A DNA stretch of 64,000 nucleotides, from positions 62,443 through 126,442 of the forward strand of contig DAONET010000002.1 of NCBI GenBank assembly GCA_035403225.1. The letters run 5' to 3'. This document shows positions 28,236-37,537 of the stretch, piece by piece (within the stretch, counting starts at the first letter, position 1; every line of letters starts with the position of its first letter). Below the pieces are notes generated by a model, which made no database searches, had not been told where the DNA came from, and saw nothing but the letters and a program-made list of their open reading frames with translations. The translations under genes and the position numbers were made by a program. Source of the DNA: Bacteroidales bacterium (GTDB taxonomy: Bacteria; Bacteroidota; Bacteroidia; Bacteroidales; FEN-979).

Positions 28236-28676
28236 ATGAAAAACCGCATCCTTCCCCTGTCAATGATCCTGCTGATCTGCTCTCTTTTTTTTCTCAGTTC
28301 CTGTAAGAAAGAAGAAACACCCGATTACCCCATGCTGATCGGTTATTGGACCGGACATACTTCCCAGGAAAATACCATTGAATTCAAGGTGGAAAATAAA
28401 AAAGGGACACTTTATATCACCAAATACCGGCTCGTCGTTACTTACAGCAATGGATCGATACAGACATTCGAGGGTATTAACAGCCGCGGGATTGTGGCAT
28501 TGACGGGACTGTCCTTTAACATTCCCCTGGCTTCGGGTAATTCAGGAGCAGCTTACATCAGCGGAAATTTCAACCTTTCTTCCCAGGAATACAGGTTAAC
28601 AGGGAACTTTGCGGCTTATTATCCTTCCAGTAGTGTTGACCTGGTGACTGGTAATTATATCGCTTATCTTTATTAA
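28236..28676 (+). CDS. Hypothetical lipoprotein
   Basis: 146 aa with lipobox LSSCKK. I recognise no family. Confidence 0.55.
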   Translation: MKNRILPLSMILLICSLFFLSSCKKEETPDYPMLIGYWTGHTSQENTIEFKVENKKGTLYITKYRLVVTYSNGSIQTFEGINSRGIVALTGLSFNIPLASGNSGAAYISGNFNLSSQEYRLTGNFAAYYPSSSVDLVTGNYIAYLY

Positions 28677-28688
28677 TCAAAAAACATC

Positions 28689-29834
28689 ATGATGGAAAAT
28701 TTCACTGCATATATTCCGACCAAGCTGCATTTCGGGAAAGAAGTGCTGTCGGAACTGCCTGTTTCGCTGGCTGCTTACGGGAAACGGGTCCTTTTTGTTT
28801 ACGGAAAAGGATCGATTATCCGGTCCGGTCTCTACGACAGGATCATGCATATGCTTACGGAAGAAGGCATGGAGGTTGTTGAATTCGGGGGCATCCGGTC
28901 CAATCCGGTGGTGGAGGATGCAGATGCTGCGGCGAAACTGGGCAGAGAGCGGCACGTGGATGTCATCCTGGCTGTTGGTGGCGGAAGCGTGATTGATTCG
29001 GCGAAGATCATCGCCCTCACCATTCCCGTGAATCATTCAGGATGGGATTTCTATGCAAAGAAAGCCAAGCCCCGGCAGGCTGTTCCCATGATTGCCGTGC
29101 TGACACTCGCTGCAACCGGGACTGAGACGAACCCTTTCGCCGTGCTTTCCAACCATACAGAAGGGAAAAAAGATGGCTACGGTCATTTTCTCTGCTTCCC
29201 GAAGGAATCGTTCCTTGACCCGGCACTGACACTCTCCGTACCGAAAAATTATACAGCCTATGGCATTGCCGACCTCATCGCGCACTGTTTCGAAATGTAC
29301 TTCGGGGCTGGGGATACGTCCCTCACCGACCGCATCATCACCTCCATTGCCCGCGAAGCGATGGAATACGGACCTCGCCTGCTTGATAACCTGTATGACA
29401 TCGATCTCCGTTCCCGCATCATGTATGCAGCCACGCTGGCGCTCAATCCGCTGACCGGCTATGGCAAAGTGTCGGGTGACTGGGCGGTACACGCCATGGG
29501 ACATGTTCTTTCATTGCTCTATGATACCCCGCACGGCGCCTCCCTGACCATTGCTTACCCTGCCTGGTTGCGGTTCTTCGAAAAGCCGCTGAACAACCGC
29601 ATTGCCGCCTTGGGAAGCGAGATCTTCAGAGAGAATATTACTGCTGCTGAAACGATCCTGCGTCTGGAAACATTCTTCCGGAACATTGGCTGCCCGGTAC
29701 GATTATCAGAAATCGGTATCGGCGCCGACCAAAAAGAAGCACTCTTCAGAGGGTTTATCTCCAACGAAGTGAATGGGGGTAACATGAAAATCAGCACGGA
29801 GGACTACCCACGGCTGATAGAATGGATGATGTAA
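28689..29834 (+). CDS. Iron-containing (group III) alcohol dehydrogenase, YqhD/butanol dehydrogenase-like
   Basis: 381 aa. It carries the motif GGGSVIDSAK and the His-rich metal site region HAMGHVLS. Confidence 0.9.
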   Translation: MMENFTAYIPTKLHFGKEVLSELPVSLAAYGKRVLFVYGKGSIIRSGLYDRIMHMLTEEGMEVVEFGGIRSNPVVEDADAAAKLGRERHVDVILAVGGGSVIDSAKIIALTIPVNHSGWDFYAKKAKPRQAVPMIAVLTLAATGTETNPFAVLSNHTEGKKDGYGHFLCFPKESFLDPALTLSVPKNYTAYGIADLIAHCFEMYFGAGDTSLTDRIITSIAREAMEYGPRLLDNLYDIDLRSRIMYAATLALNPLTGYGKVSGDWAVHAMGHVLSLLYDTPHGASLTIAYPAWLRFFEKPLNNRIAALGSEIFRENITAAETILRLETFFRNIGCPVRLSEIGIGADQKEALFRGFISNEVNGGNMKISTEDYPRLIEWMM

Positions 29835-29836
29835 GG

Positions 29837-31975
29837 CTATTCTTCTTCCTTTTCCTGTTCTTCGTAAGCCTTCAGCAGTTTATCCTGTACATCGCCCGGC
29901 ACCTGAGCATACTCGGCAAATTTCATGGTGTAGGTGGCACGTCCGCTGGTGATGGAACTAAGAGCAGTAGAATACCTGTTCATTTCGGCCAGGGGAACTT
30001 TGGCAATGATCTTCTGGAAGTTGTTTTCGCTGTCCATCCCCATGATGACGGCACGACGACCCTGAAGGTCAGTCATCACTTCACCCATCTTGTCTTCGGG
30101 AACGATAACTTCCACGTCGTAGATCGGTTCCAGAATTTTCGGTCCGGCATTCTTGAATGCTTCTTTGAAAGCATTACGTCCGGCCAGTTTGAAGGAGATT
30201 TCGTTTGAGTCGACCGGATGCATTTTCCCGTCGTAAATGTTGAAGACGATATCACGGGCATAGGAACCTGTGAGAGGGCCTTCTTCCATCTTTTCCATGA
30301 CCCCTTTGAGAATGGCAGGCATGAAACGGGCGTCGATGGCGCCACCGACGATACAGTTGTTCATGATCAGCTTGCCACCCCATTCCAGGTCGATCGTCTG
30401 GCGGTCGCGGATGGGAAATTCCGTCTGGTCAGCCATACCTTCTTTGTAAGGATGGATCATCATATGGACTTCACCGAACTGACCGGCGCCACCTGATTGT
30501 TTCTTATGACGGTACATGGCCTTGGCCGATTTGGTGATGGTTTCGCGATAAGGAATACGCGGCGGGAGGTATTCAATGAGAACCTTTTCCAGGTTTTCGA
30601 TATGCCATTTTACCAGATTGAGATGAAGTTCTCCCTGTCCTTGTACGATGATCTGACGAAGTTCTTTAGAAAATTCGTACACAAGAGTCGGGTCCGTTTT
30701 GGCGATCTCGGCCAGAATGCTGCTCATCTTTTCATCATCAGCGGCATTTTTTGCTTTGATAGCGACGCGGAATTTCGGGTCGGGATAAACCGTCGGTTCA
30801 ATAATATCGTCGGAATTCTTTAAGGAATCGAGCGTATTGTTGGTATATACGTTTTTCATTTTGATCGTGGCACCCAGGTCACCGGCCACAAATTTTTCCA
30901 CTTTCTCGCGGTTTTTCCCGCAAACGGAAAAGAGCTGTGATACCCTTTCTTTCGAGCTATTGCGGGTAGGGTTGATCATATCCTGAGCTTCTACTATCTC
31001 ACCGGCATAAACCTTGAAGTAGGTGACTTCGCCGATATGCTGTTCGATGGTTGTTTTGTAAACGAGGAGGGAAGTGGGGTCAGCAGCGTTGCATTTCAGT
31101 TCCTTACCGCCAAGTGTCTTGGTTCCCGGCATTTCATCGGGAGGCGGGACAGCGGCGCCAATAAATTCGAGAAGACGACCAACACCCATATTGTGTTTGG
31201 CAGCGATACACAGAACCGGGAAAAATGTGCGATGCATCAACCCTATTTTCAAAGCTTTATCAATCTGTTCAGGAGTCAGGGTTCCTTTATCAAAAAACTC
31301 TTCCATCAAAGCTTCATCTTTGGAAGCAAGTTCTTCGATGAGCGAAGCATGCATTTCTTCGGCTTTGTCTTTTTCGCCGGCCGGAATATCCACGATCTCC
31401 GGTTTGCCTCCGCCTTGCGGATAAGTGTACATTTTCATCTTCAAAAGGTCGATGAAACTGTTGAACCCGATTCCCTGGTTCACGGGGTATTGAACAGCGG
31501 TGACGTTGTTGCCGAACCGGTGATGCAGCTGGCGCATCACTTCTTCAAAATTTGCATGTTCGTTATCAAGGGTATTGACAGCAAAGATCACGGGGGTATG
31601 ATCACGGTTGGTCCAACGCCAGGTAATCTCGGTGCCGACTTCAACCCCATTCTGAGCATTCACTACCATCACAGCTGTATCAACTACCCGTAATGCTCCG
31701 ATCACTTCTCCGATAAAATCATCAAAACCGGGAGTATCAATGACATTGATTTTCTTGTTATCAGAAAAAGTGTACATAACGGAAGAACTGACCGAATTCT
31801 GGCGCTCCAGTTCAATCGGACGATAATCGGAGACAGTATTTTTATCTTCTACTGTCCCTCTCCGGCTAATTACGCCGCCTTCAAACAACATCGCTTCCGC
31901 CAGGGTGGTCTTTCCGGTCTTTGCGCCTCCGATAAGGGCAATATTCCGGATCTCTTTCGTCTGATAAACCTTCAT
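29837..31975 (-). CDS. Elongation factor G paralog (EF-G2-like) with degenerate GTPase motifs
   Basis: 712 aa with five-domain EF-G architecture. G1 is GGAKTGKTT, switch II is DTPGFDDF (Phe where the catalytic His sits in DTPGH), and G4 is NTLD instead of NKxD. Confidence 0.9.
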   Translation of the reverse strand: MKVYQTKEIRNIALIGGAKTGKTTLAEAMLFEGGVISRRGTVEDKNTVSDYRPIELERQNSVSSSVMYTFSDNKKINVIDTPGFDDFIGEVIGALRVVDTAVMVVNAQNGVEVGTEITWRWTNRDHTPVIFAVNTLDNEHANFEEVMRQLHHRFGNNVTAVQYPVNQGIGFNSFIDLLKMKMYTYPQGGGKPEIVDIPAGEKDKAEEMHASLIEELASKDEALMEEFFDKGTLTPEQIDKALKIGLMHRTFFPVLCIAAKHNMGVGRLLEFIGAAVPPPDEMPGTKTLGGKELKCNAADPTSLLVYKTTIEQHIGEVTYFKVYAGEIVEAQDMINPTRNSSKERVSQLFSVCGKNREKVEKFVAGDLGATIKMKNVYTNNTLDSLKNSDDIIEPTVYPDPKFRVAIKAKNAADDEKMSSILAEIAKTDPTLVYEFSKELRQIIVQGQGELHLNLVKWHIENLEKVLIEYLPPRIPYRETITKSAKAMYRHKKQSGGAGQFGEVHMMIHPYKEGMADQTEFPIRDRQTIDLEWGGKLIMNNCIVGGAIDARFMPAILKGVMEKMEEGPLTGSYARDIVFNIYDGKMHPVDSNEISFKLAGRNAFKEAFKNAGPKILEPIYDVEVIVPEDKMGEVMTDLQGRRAVIMGMDSENNFQKIIAKVPLAEMNRYSTALSSITSGRATYTMKFAEYAQVPGDVQDKLLKAYEEQEKEEE

Positions 31976-32199
31976 TTTTATAATTGTTCTTAAATGATTT
32001 TGAAATGGATTGATCTAATAAAAGGCTGCAAAGTTATTAAAAGATATTGATTTTTCAAAGATTATGAATCCGGAGAGAGGGAAGATACAGTACTTCTATG
32101 AGTTAGCAGGTTGCAGATTGTGCGGACGGGTTTTTGCAAAATTTTGTCGTCTACACAAGCATAAATCGTATTATTGCAAGAAAAAACAGTCATTATAAC

Positions 32200-33297
32200 A
32201 TGGGAGATTCAAAACATTATTTTTGCGTGATCATGGCCGGTGGTATCGGAGCCCGTTTCTGGCCCCTGAGCCGGACCTCACATCCCAAACAGTTTATCGA
32301 CATCCTCGGCACCGGGGAGACTCTTATCCGTCAGACATATAACCGTTTCATCCGCATCATTCCGAAGGAAAACATTTATATCGTCACCAACGAGAGTTAT
32401 TTTGATCTCGTGATGTCACAGTTACCGGAGATCAAACCTGATCAGATTCTCCTGGAGCCATCCCGGAGAAATACGGCTCCCTGTATCGCTTATGCCAACT
32501 ACCGTATCCTCCGTCGCGATCCGGAAGCAAAGATCGTCGTCGCCCCTTCTGACCACATCATCATGAAGGAAGAAATCTTCCTCAGTAACATCAAAACCGC
32601 ATTGGAAGCCGTTTCAGAGAACGACTGGCTGCTGACATTGGGTATCAGGCCCAGCCGTCCCGACACCGGGTATGGTTATATCCAGTTTCTCGAAGAGAAT
32701 GTTTATCCGAAAGATTCGCACCTCCGCAAGGTCAAGACCTTCACCGAAAAACCCAATCTCGACCTGGCCATCACTTTTCTCAAATGCGGCGACTTCCTTT
32801 GGAACTCGGGGATTTTTATCTGGTCGTTGAAAAGCATCATGAAAGCATTCCGGCAATTTCTCCCCGACGTAGATATATTGTTTGAAAAAGGAGAGGATAA
32901 ATACGGTACGGCTGCCGAAAAAGGGTTCATCTCCGATACTTATTCGATCTGTAAAAGCATCTCCATCGACTACGGTCTCATGGAAAAAGCCACGAACGTG
33001 TATGTTCTGGCCGCGGATTTTGGGTGGTCAGACCTTGGTACATGGGGTTCGCTTTATGAAAACCGGCAAAAGAATAAAGAAGGGAATTCCGTACTGGGAA
33101 AAAATGTAATGATGTACAATTCCACGGGCTGCGTAGTGAATATGCCCGATGATAAAATGGTGGTTCTCGAAGGGCTCACGGACTATATTGTGGTGGAATC
33201 CGATAACATTCTGTTAGTTTGTAAGAAAGCTGATGAACAACAGATCAGGCAGTTTGTGAATACGGTGTTGTTGGAGAAAGGGGAGAAATATACTTGA
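32200..33297 (+). CDS. manC: Mannose-1-phosphate guanylyltransferase
   Basis: About 365 aa from ATG 32200 (MGDSKHYFCVIMAGGIGARFWPLSR). It is a nucleotidyltransferase N-domain protein. The ORF-track start at 32134 is probably an artefactual extension. Confidence 0.85.
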   Translation: MGDSKHYFCVIMAGGIGARFWPLSRTSHPKQFIDILGTGETLIRQTYNRFIRIIPKENIYIVTNESYFDLVMSQLPEIKPDQILLEPSRRNTAPCIAYANYRILRRDPEAKIVVAPSDHIIMKEEIFLSNIKTALEAVSENDWLLTLGIRPSRPDTGYGYIQFLEENVYPKDSHLRKVKTFTEKPNLDLAITFLKCGDFLWNSGIFIWSLKSIMKAFRQFLPDVDILFEKGEDKYGTAAEKGFISDTYSICKSISIDYGLMEKATNVYVLAADFGWSDLGTWGSLYENRQKNKEGNSVLGKNVMMYNSTGCVVNMPDDKMVVLEGLTDYIVVESDNILLVCKKADEQQIRQFVNTVLLEKGEKYT

Positions 33298-33303
33298 CCC
33301 AAA

Positions 33304-33512
33304 ACCCTGTCAGGGTGTAGGACCCTGTCAGGGTTAAAGATTATAAATCATTCAGGGTTAGCCATAAATGATTTTTCTTTATTGTTTTCGATACCACCCT
33401 GTCAGGGTGATATCGGAATGGGTTATTTTTTATATCCATTTCTTCATAGTAGATTGAACTTCTGACATTTATTTGCAACTGACCCTGTCAGGGTATAGGA
33501 CCCTGTCAGGGT
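33304..33512. repeat. Five copies of the 13-bp palindrome ACCCTGTCAGGGT, as two tandem pairs plus one single copy (REP-like element)
   Basis: Exact copies lie at 33304-33316, 33322-33334, 33396-33408, 33482-33494 and 33500-33512, with a half-site TCAGGGT at 33352-33358. Within each pair the copies are separated by GTAGG or ATAGG. Confidence 0.9.
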
Positions 33513-33527
33513 TCTTGAAAAATAAAA

Positions 33528-33535
33528 TATCTTTG
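33528..33535 (+). promoter_or_regulatory. Candidate -7 box TATCTTTG for the histidine kinase gene
   Basis: Matches TAnnTTTG, lies 40 nt upstream of GTG 33575 and starts 16 bp downstream of the second palindrome pair. Confidence 0.35.
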
Positions 33536-33574
33536 TATTGAAAACGTTACCAAAACAAAATACAAAGATTACCC

Positions 33575-35089
33575 GTGGACATTTACCTTCGCAAAAAACG
33601 GTGGAAACTGACCCTCCTGGCCGGAGCAATCATCATCGTGGCTGCATCACTATGGTACACTAACATCCTCGTCCGACATATCCGCGAAGATGAACGCCGT
33701 AGCGTACGCATGTGGGCCGATGCAATCCACCGGAAAGCTGACCTGGTCAACTTTACTAACCGCCTTTTCGAAGAAATTAAAACCGAAGAACGCGTTCGCG
33801 TCCAAACATACGCCGAAGCTCACCGGATGCTGATCACTGCTACCTCCAACGACGACCTCACTTTCCTCACAAAGATCATCTCGGAAAATACTACCATCCC
33901 CGTTATCCTGACCGACGAAAAAGGAAACATCGTCATGACCAGAAATGTTACCTTTAACCTCGATACCGTCCCACGCTTCGAAGGCAAAATTAAAACCGAA
34001 TTTTCTGCCTACCCCCCTATCGTCCAACGATACTACGGTAATAATATGATCTTCCTTTACTATAAAGATTCTAATATATTTACTGAACTTAAAGTCGTAC
34101 TCGATGACCTGATCCGCTTCTTCTTCGACGAGGTCGTCTTTAACTCAGCCTCCGTCCCGGTCATCATCACCGACAGCACCCGTACGCATGTAATGGATTT
34201 TGGGAACATCCCCCCAAAGAAAATGAAAGACCCTGTGTTCGTCAGGAAAACGCTTGCTTCCATGGAGGCACAGAATAATCCCATCAGCGTCAACATCGCC
34301 GGCACCGGCACCCGCCTGATCTTCTATAAAGACTCCTTCCTCCTTACTCAACTCCAATATTACCCGGTCGTGCAGTTTGCTGTCATCGGGGTCTTCTTCC
34401 TGATCGCTTACCTGCTCTTTAGCTTCGCCCGCCGTTCAGAACAAAATCAGGTGTGGGTGGGAATGGCCAAGGAAACTGCCCACCAACTGGGAACACCCCT
34501 TTCAAGCATGGTGGCCTGGGTCGAACTGCTCAAACTCAAAGGACTTGATGAGGAAACCGTAAAGGAGATCGAAAAGGATGTACACCGGCTCGAAACCGTC
34601 ACTGACCGCTTCTCGAAAATCGGCTCCATCGCCCGGCTCGAACAAGCCGACATCGTCACGGTGATACACAATACCGTGAACTACATGAAACCCCGCACCT
34701 CTGCAAAAGTCCTCTTTGAGGTGACACCGGGAGAGGAATCGAAGATATTTGTCCCCATCAACCTCCACCTCTTTGAATGGGTGATCGAAAACCTCATCAA
34801 AAACGCCGTCGATGCAATGGACGGAAGCGGTAAAATCACCATCTCCATCACCAACGAGGAAAACCGGGTGAATATCGATGTGTCTGATACCGGCAAAGGG
34901 ATCGCCCGCAGACGTTTCAAAACCATCTTCAATCCCGGATTTACAAGCAAAACCCGTGGCTGGGGACTCGGACTGACTCTCTCGCGCCGCATTGTCAACG
35001 ATTATCACAAAGGTCATATCTTCGTAAAAAACTCTGTCTTGGGCGAAGGAACTACTTTCCGCATCATCCTGAAAAAAAAGAAAAAATAA
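33575..35089 (+). CDS. Sensor histidine kinase (two TM helices, periplasmic sensor domain)
   Basis: 504 aa. It has the H-box ETAHQLGTPLSSM and HATPase_c motifs (NLIKNAVDA, DTGKGI, GWGLGL). No response regulator gene is adjacent. Confidence 0.9.
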   Translation: MDIYLRKKRWKLTLLAGAIIIVAASLWYTNILVRHIREDERRSVRMWADAIHRKADLVNFTNRLFEEIKTEERVRVQTYAEAHRMLITATSNDDLTFLTKIISENTTIPVILTDEKGNIVMTRNVTFNLDTVPRFEGKIKTEFSAYPPIVQRYYGNNMIFLYYKDSNIFTELKVVLDDLIRFFFDEVVFNSASVPVIITDSTRTHVMDFGNIPPKKMKDPVFVRKTLASMEAQNNPISVNIAGTGTRLIFYKDSFLLTQLQYYPVVQFAVIGVFFLIAYLLFSFARRSEQNQVWVGMAKETAHQLGTPLSSMVAWVELLKLKGLDEETVKEIEKDVHRLETVTDRFSKIGSIARLEQADIVTVIHNTVNYMKPRTSAKVLFEVTPGEESKIFVPINLHLFEWVIENLIKNAVDAMDGSGKITISITNEENRVNIDVSDTGKGIARRRFKTIFNPGFTSKTRGWGLGLTLSRRIVNDYHKGHIFVKNSVLGEGTTFRIILKKKKK

Positions 35090-35093
35090 CACC

Positions 35094-36236
35094 TTGGCGG
35101 GCATTTACATCCATATTCCTTTCTGCAGACAAAAATGCCATTACTGTAATTTTTTCTCCGCTGCCTCTCAAAAGCTGAAAGAGCCTTTGCTGAAAGCCCT
35201 TGTTACAGATATCAGGCAAAACAGCGACTACCTGGCTGCAGAGTCCGTCTCAACCATCTATTTCGGAGGAGGAACCCCATCTCTCCTCTCCGCGGAAGAG
35301 ATCACCACCATCCTCAAATCCATCACTTCCACCTTTCCGGTCGCCCCCGGTGCCGAGATCACCCTGGAAGCTAATCCCGATGACCTGTCAGATGCCTACC
35401 TCAACGACATTCGCCAAACCGGGATCACCCGCCTTAGTATCGGGGTCCAATCCTTTTCCGACCATGACCTGATCAAACTGAACAGAACTCATACTGCTTC
35501 CCGCGTACATACGGTGTTGTCATCCCTGACTGCCTCCGTTGCCCCGTTTCCCTCCTTCTCCATCGACCTTATTTACGGAATCCCGGAAATGACGGATGAA
35601 AGGTGGAAACAGAATATCGAAATAGCCATCGGGTACGGTATCCCGCACATCTCGGCATACGCCCTCACTGTTGAAGAAAAAACCCCGCTGTCCTGGATGA
35701 TCGAAAAAGGAAGGTTCCCGGTTGTCTCACCCGAACAAGCCTCCCGGCAGTATGCGATCATGACAGAGACCCTGAAAAACGCCGGCTATGAGCATTACGA
35801 GGTGTCGAACTTCTGCAAACCGGGATGTTGGTCCAGACATAACAGCGGCTATTGGAAAAATGTTCCCTACCTCGGAACAGGTCCTTCAGCCCATTCCTAT
35901 AACGGAACCGCCCGTCGCTGGAATGTTTCAAATATTTCAGAATACATCAACAAGATCAGCCACGGAGAAAAAGCCTTCGAAGAGGAAACCCTGACTCTTA
36001 CCCAACGATACAACGAATATGTGATGACCGGTCTCCGCACCATGTGGGGTTGCGATGCCGGTTATATCCGGAATGAATTCGGATCGGACTTCTTCGATCA
36101 TTTTATGAAAAAGACGCCCCGGTATCTTGCCGCCGGCCGTATGATCATCAATGGCAGTGGATGTTATTCCCTGACCGATGAAGGGATGTTGTTTGCCGAT
36201 GGCATCGCGGTCGACTTTTTCAGGGAAGATCGCTGA
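35094..36236 (+). CDS. hemW: Radical SAM heme chaperone HemW (HemN-family, oxygen-independent coproporphyrinogen oxidase-like)
   Basis: 380 aa with the motif IHIPFCRQKCHYCNF (CxxxCxxC) and a HemN C-terminal domain. The start codon is TTG. Confidence 0.9.
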   Translation: MAGIYIHIPFCRQKCHYCNFFSAASQKLKEPLLKALVTDIRQNSDYLAAESVSTIYFGGGTPSLLSAEEITTILKSITSTFPVAPGAEITLEANPDDLSDAYLNDIRQTGITRLSIGVQSFSDHDLIKLNRTHTASRVHTVLSSLTASVAPFPSFSIDLIYGIPEMTDERWKQNIEIAIGYGIPHISAYALTVEEKTPLSWMIEKGRFPVVSPEQASRQYAIMTETLKNAGYEHYEVSNFCKPGCWSRHNSGYWKNVPYLGTGPSAHSYNGTARRWNVSNISEYINKISHGEKAFEEETLTLTQRYNEYVMTGLRTMWGCDAGYIRNEFGSDFFDHFMKKTPRYLAAGRMIINGSGCYSLTDEGMLFADGIAVDFFREDR

Positions 36237-37122
36237 ACCGCACCACCGTTCCCAGCGGTAGTTTTCTCCCGGCCCGGTCGGGAAAATAAAACTCTCCCGA
36301 TTCCAGGCCTGTCGCCTTCGGAAAATGGGTCGTGACCAGGTTTTCGCCAATCAGAGATGAAAATCCCATGGAATAGAGGCTGAGAATGAAGAAGTGCTGT
36401 TGGGGTTGGAGAATCTTGCTGCAAAGAGAAATGATTTCATCGATCGATTCCTCCAGCACCCACTTCTCCCCTTCCGGTCCGCGGCCGTAAGCCGGAGGAT
36501 CCAGAATGATCCCGTCATACAGGTTGCCTCGCCGTGCCTCACGCCGGACAAACTTCAACGCATCTTCCACCACCCAACGGATGCCATCCAGGCCGGAGGC
36601 TTCCATGATCTCCCTCGCCCAGGTGATGACCGGCTTCACCGAATCCACATGCGTGACATCCGCACCAGCAACTCGCGCAGCCAACGACAAGCCACCGGTA
36701 TAGGCAAAGAGATTCAGGATCCGGGCCCCGGGCTTCTTCTTCAGACGACGATAAACATATTCCCAGTTTTCCGCCTGCTCGGGAAAAACACCGATGTGAC
36801 CGAAAGAAGTCAACCCCAGCCTGAATTTCAACCGTAAATCATCATGATTATACGAGATCAGCCACTGATCTGCCACCCCGCGTTTGCGGCGCCATTCGCC
36901 CCGCTCGCTCCCTGTTTTGCTGTCCTCTTGCTTCCCCGACCTCCGGAACCATGCATCCGCCAGATTCTCCCATTCTTCTTCGCGAATGGCTTTCTGCCAA
37001 ACCGCCTGGGGCTCGGGACGGGCAAGAGTATACTTTCCAAACCGCTCCAGTTTCTCGCGGTTTCCGGTATCGATCAGTTCATAATCCGTCCAACGGAGAG
37101 AAGTTAACTGCATCATGGTCAT
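36220..37122 (-). CDS. Class I SAM-dependent (rRNA-type, RlmI/PF10672-like) methyltransferase
   Basis: 300 aa. It has the SAM-binding segment ILNLFAYTGGLSLAA and the motif IILDPPAYG. Confidence 0.8.
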   Translation of the reverse strand: MTMMQLTSLRWTDYELIDTGNREKLERFGKYTLARPEPQAVWQKAIREEEWENLADAWFRRSGKQEDSKTGSERGEWRRKRGVADQWLISYNHDDLRLKFRLGLTSFGHIGVFPEQAENWEYVYRRLKKKPGARILNLFAYTGGLSLAARVAGADVTHVDSVKPVITWAREIMEASGLDGIRWVVEDALKFVRREARRGNLYDGIILDPPAYGRGPEGEKWVLEESIDEIISLCSKILQPQQHFFILSLYSMGFSSLIGENLVTTHFPKATGLESGEFYFPDRAGRKLPLGTVVRFSDLP

Positions 37123-37177
37123 TTCATGCTAAAACGCAAAGATAACAAAGAGGCCGTCACGTCAGCATTTCCCTCCG

Positions 37178-37492
37178 CTATTTCCGTAGTTTCAGCACCA
37201 GCACCTTCAGCAACTGGTCACTGTTGTTCTTCCATCCCCTCTTTACTCCGTGTTCCACATGGATGCAGTCTCCGGCGATGGCATGAAGTCGCTCCTCTTC
37301 AATGCGAAGAGTCCCTTCGCCCTCCCTGACGAAAAAAACCACCTCGAAAGGCATGGAATGCAATTCCATCCCTTCACCCGGTTTCAGTGTCAGATGAACC
37401 ACCTCAAACCGGTCAGAGGTGAACAGAATCCTCCCGTCAAGAGTCCCTTGTACGGGCGGAGCTGACTCCAGAGATGTAATGAAATGTGTCAT
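37178..37492 (-). CDS. Cupin domain protein
   Basis: 104 aa with the cupin motifs GEGMELHSMP and FVREGEG. Confidence 0.7.
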   Translation of the reverse strand: MTHFITSLESAPPVQGTLDGRILFTSDRFEVVHLTLKPGEGMELHSMPFEVVFFVREGEGTLRIEEERLHAIAGDCIHVEHGVKRGWKNNSDQLLKVLVLKLRK

Positions 37493-37537
37493 CTTCTTTT
37501 TGATTTCAATTTACGATTCAGCAATTAATAAAACCTT

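Noticed and set aside
32134-32199. N-terminal ORF-track extensions at manC (32134), mce (61164), tetR (61177), the ABC ATPase (50577), the rhodanese (43778), hgcB (53176), pat (21219) and nrfA (39097).
   Set aside because: Internal ATGs give N-termini that match the family consensus and remove overlaps with upstream genes. The extensions translate intergenic or overlapping sequence.
33304-33512. Whether the repeated ACCCTGTCAGGGT units form a CRISPR array.
   Set aside because: The repeats are only 13 bp long. Spacing is irregular (5, 61, 73 and 5 bp), and no cas genes or leader sequence are present.
33444-33629. A 61-aa minus-strand ORF spanning the palindrome pair, which produces the repeated peptide TLTGSYTLTGS.
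   Set aside because: The repeat peptide is simply the translation of the DNA palindromes. The ORF overlaps the histidine kinase start and promoter and has no start context.
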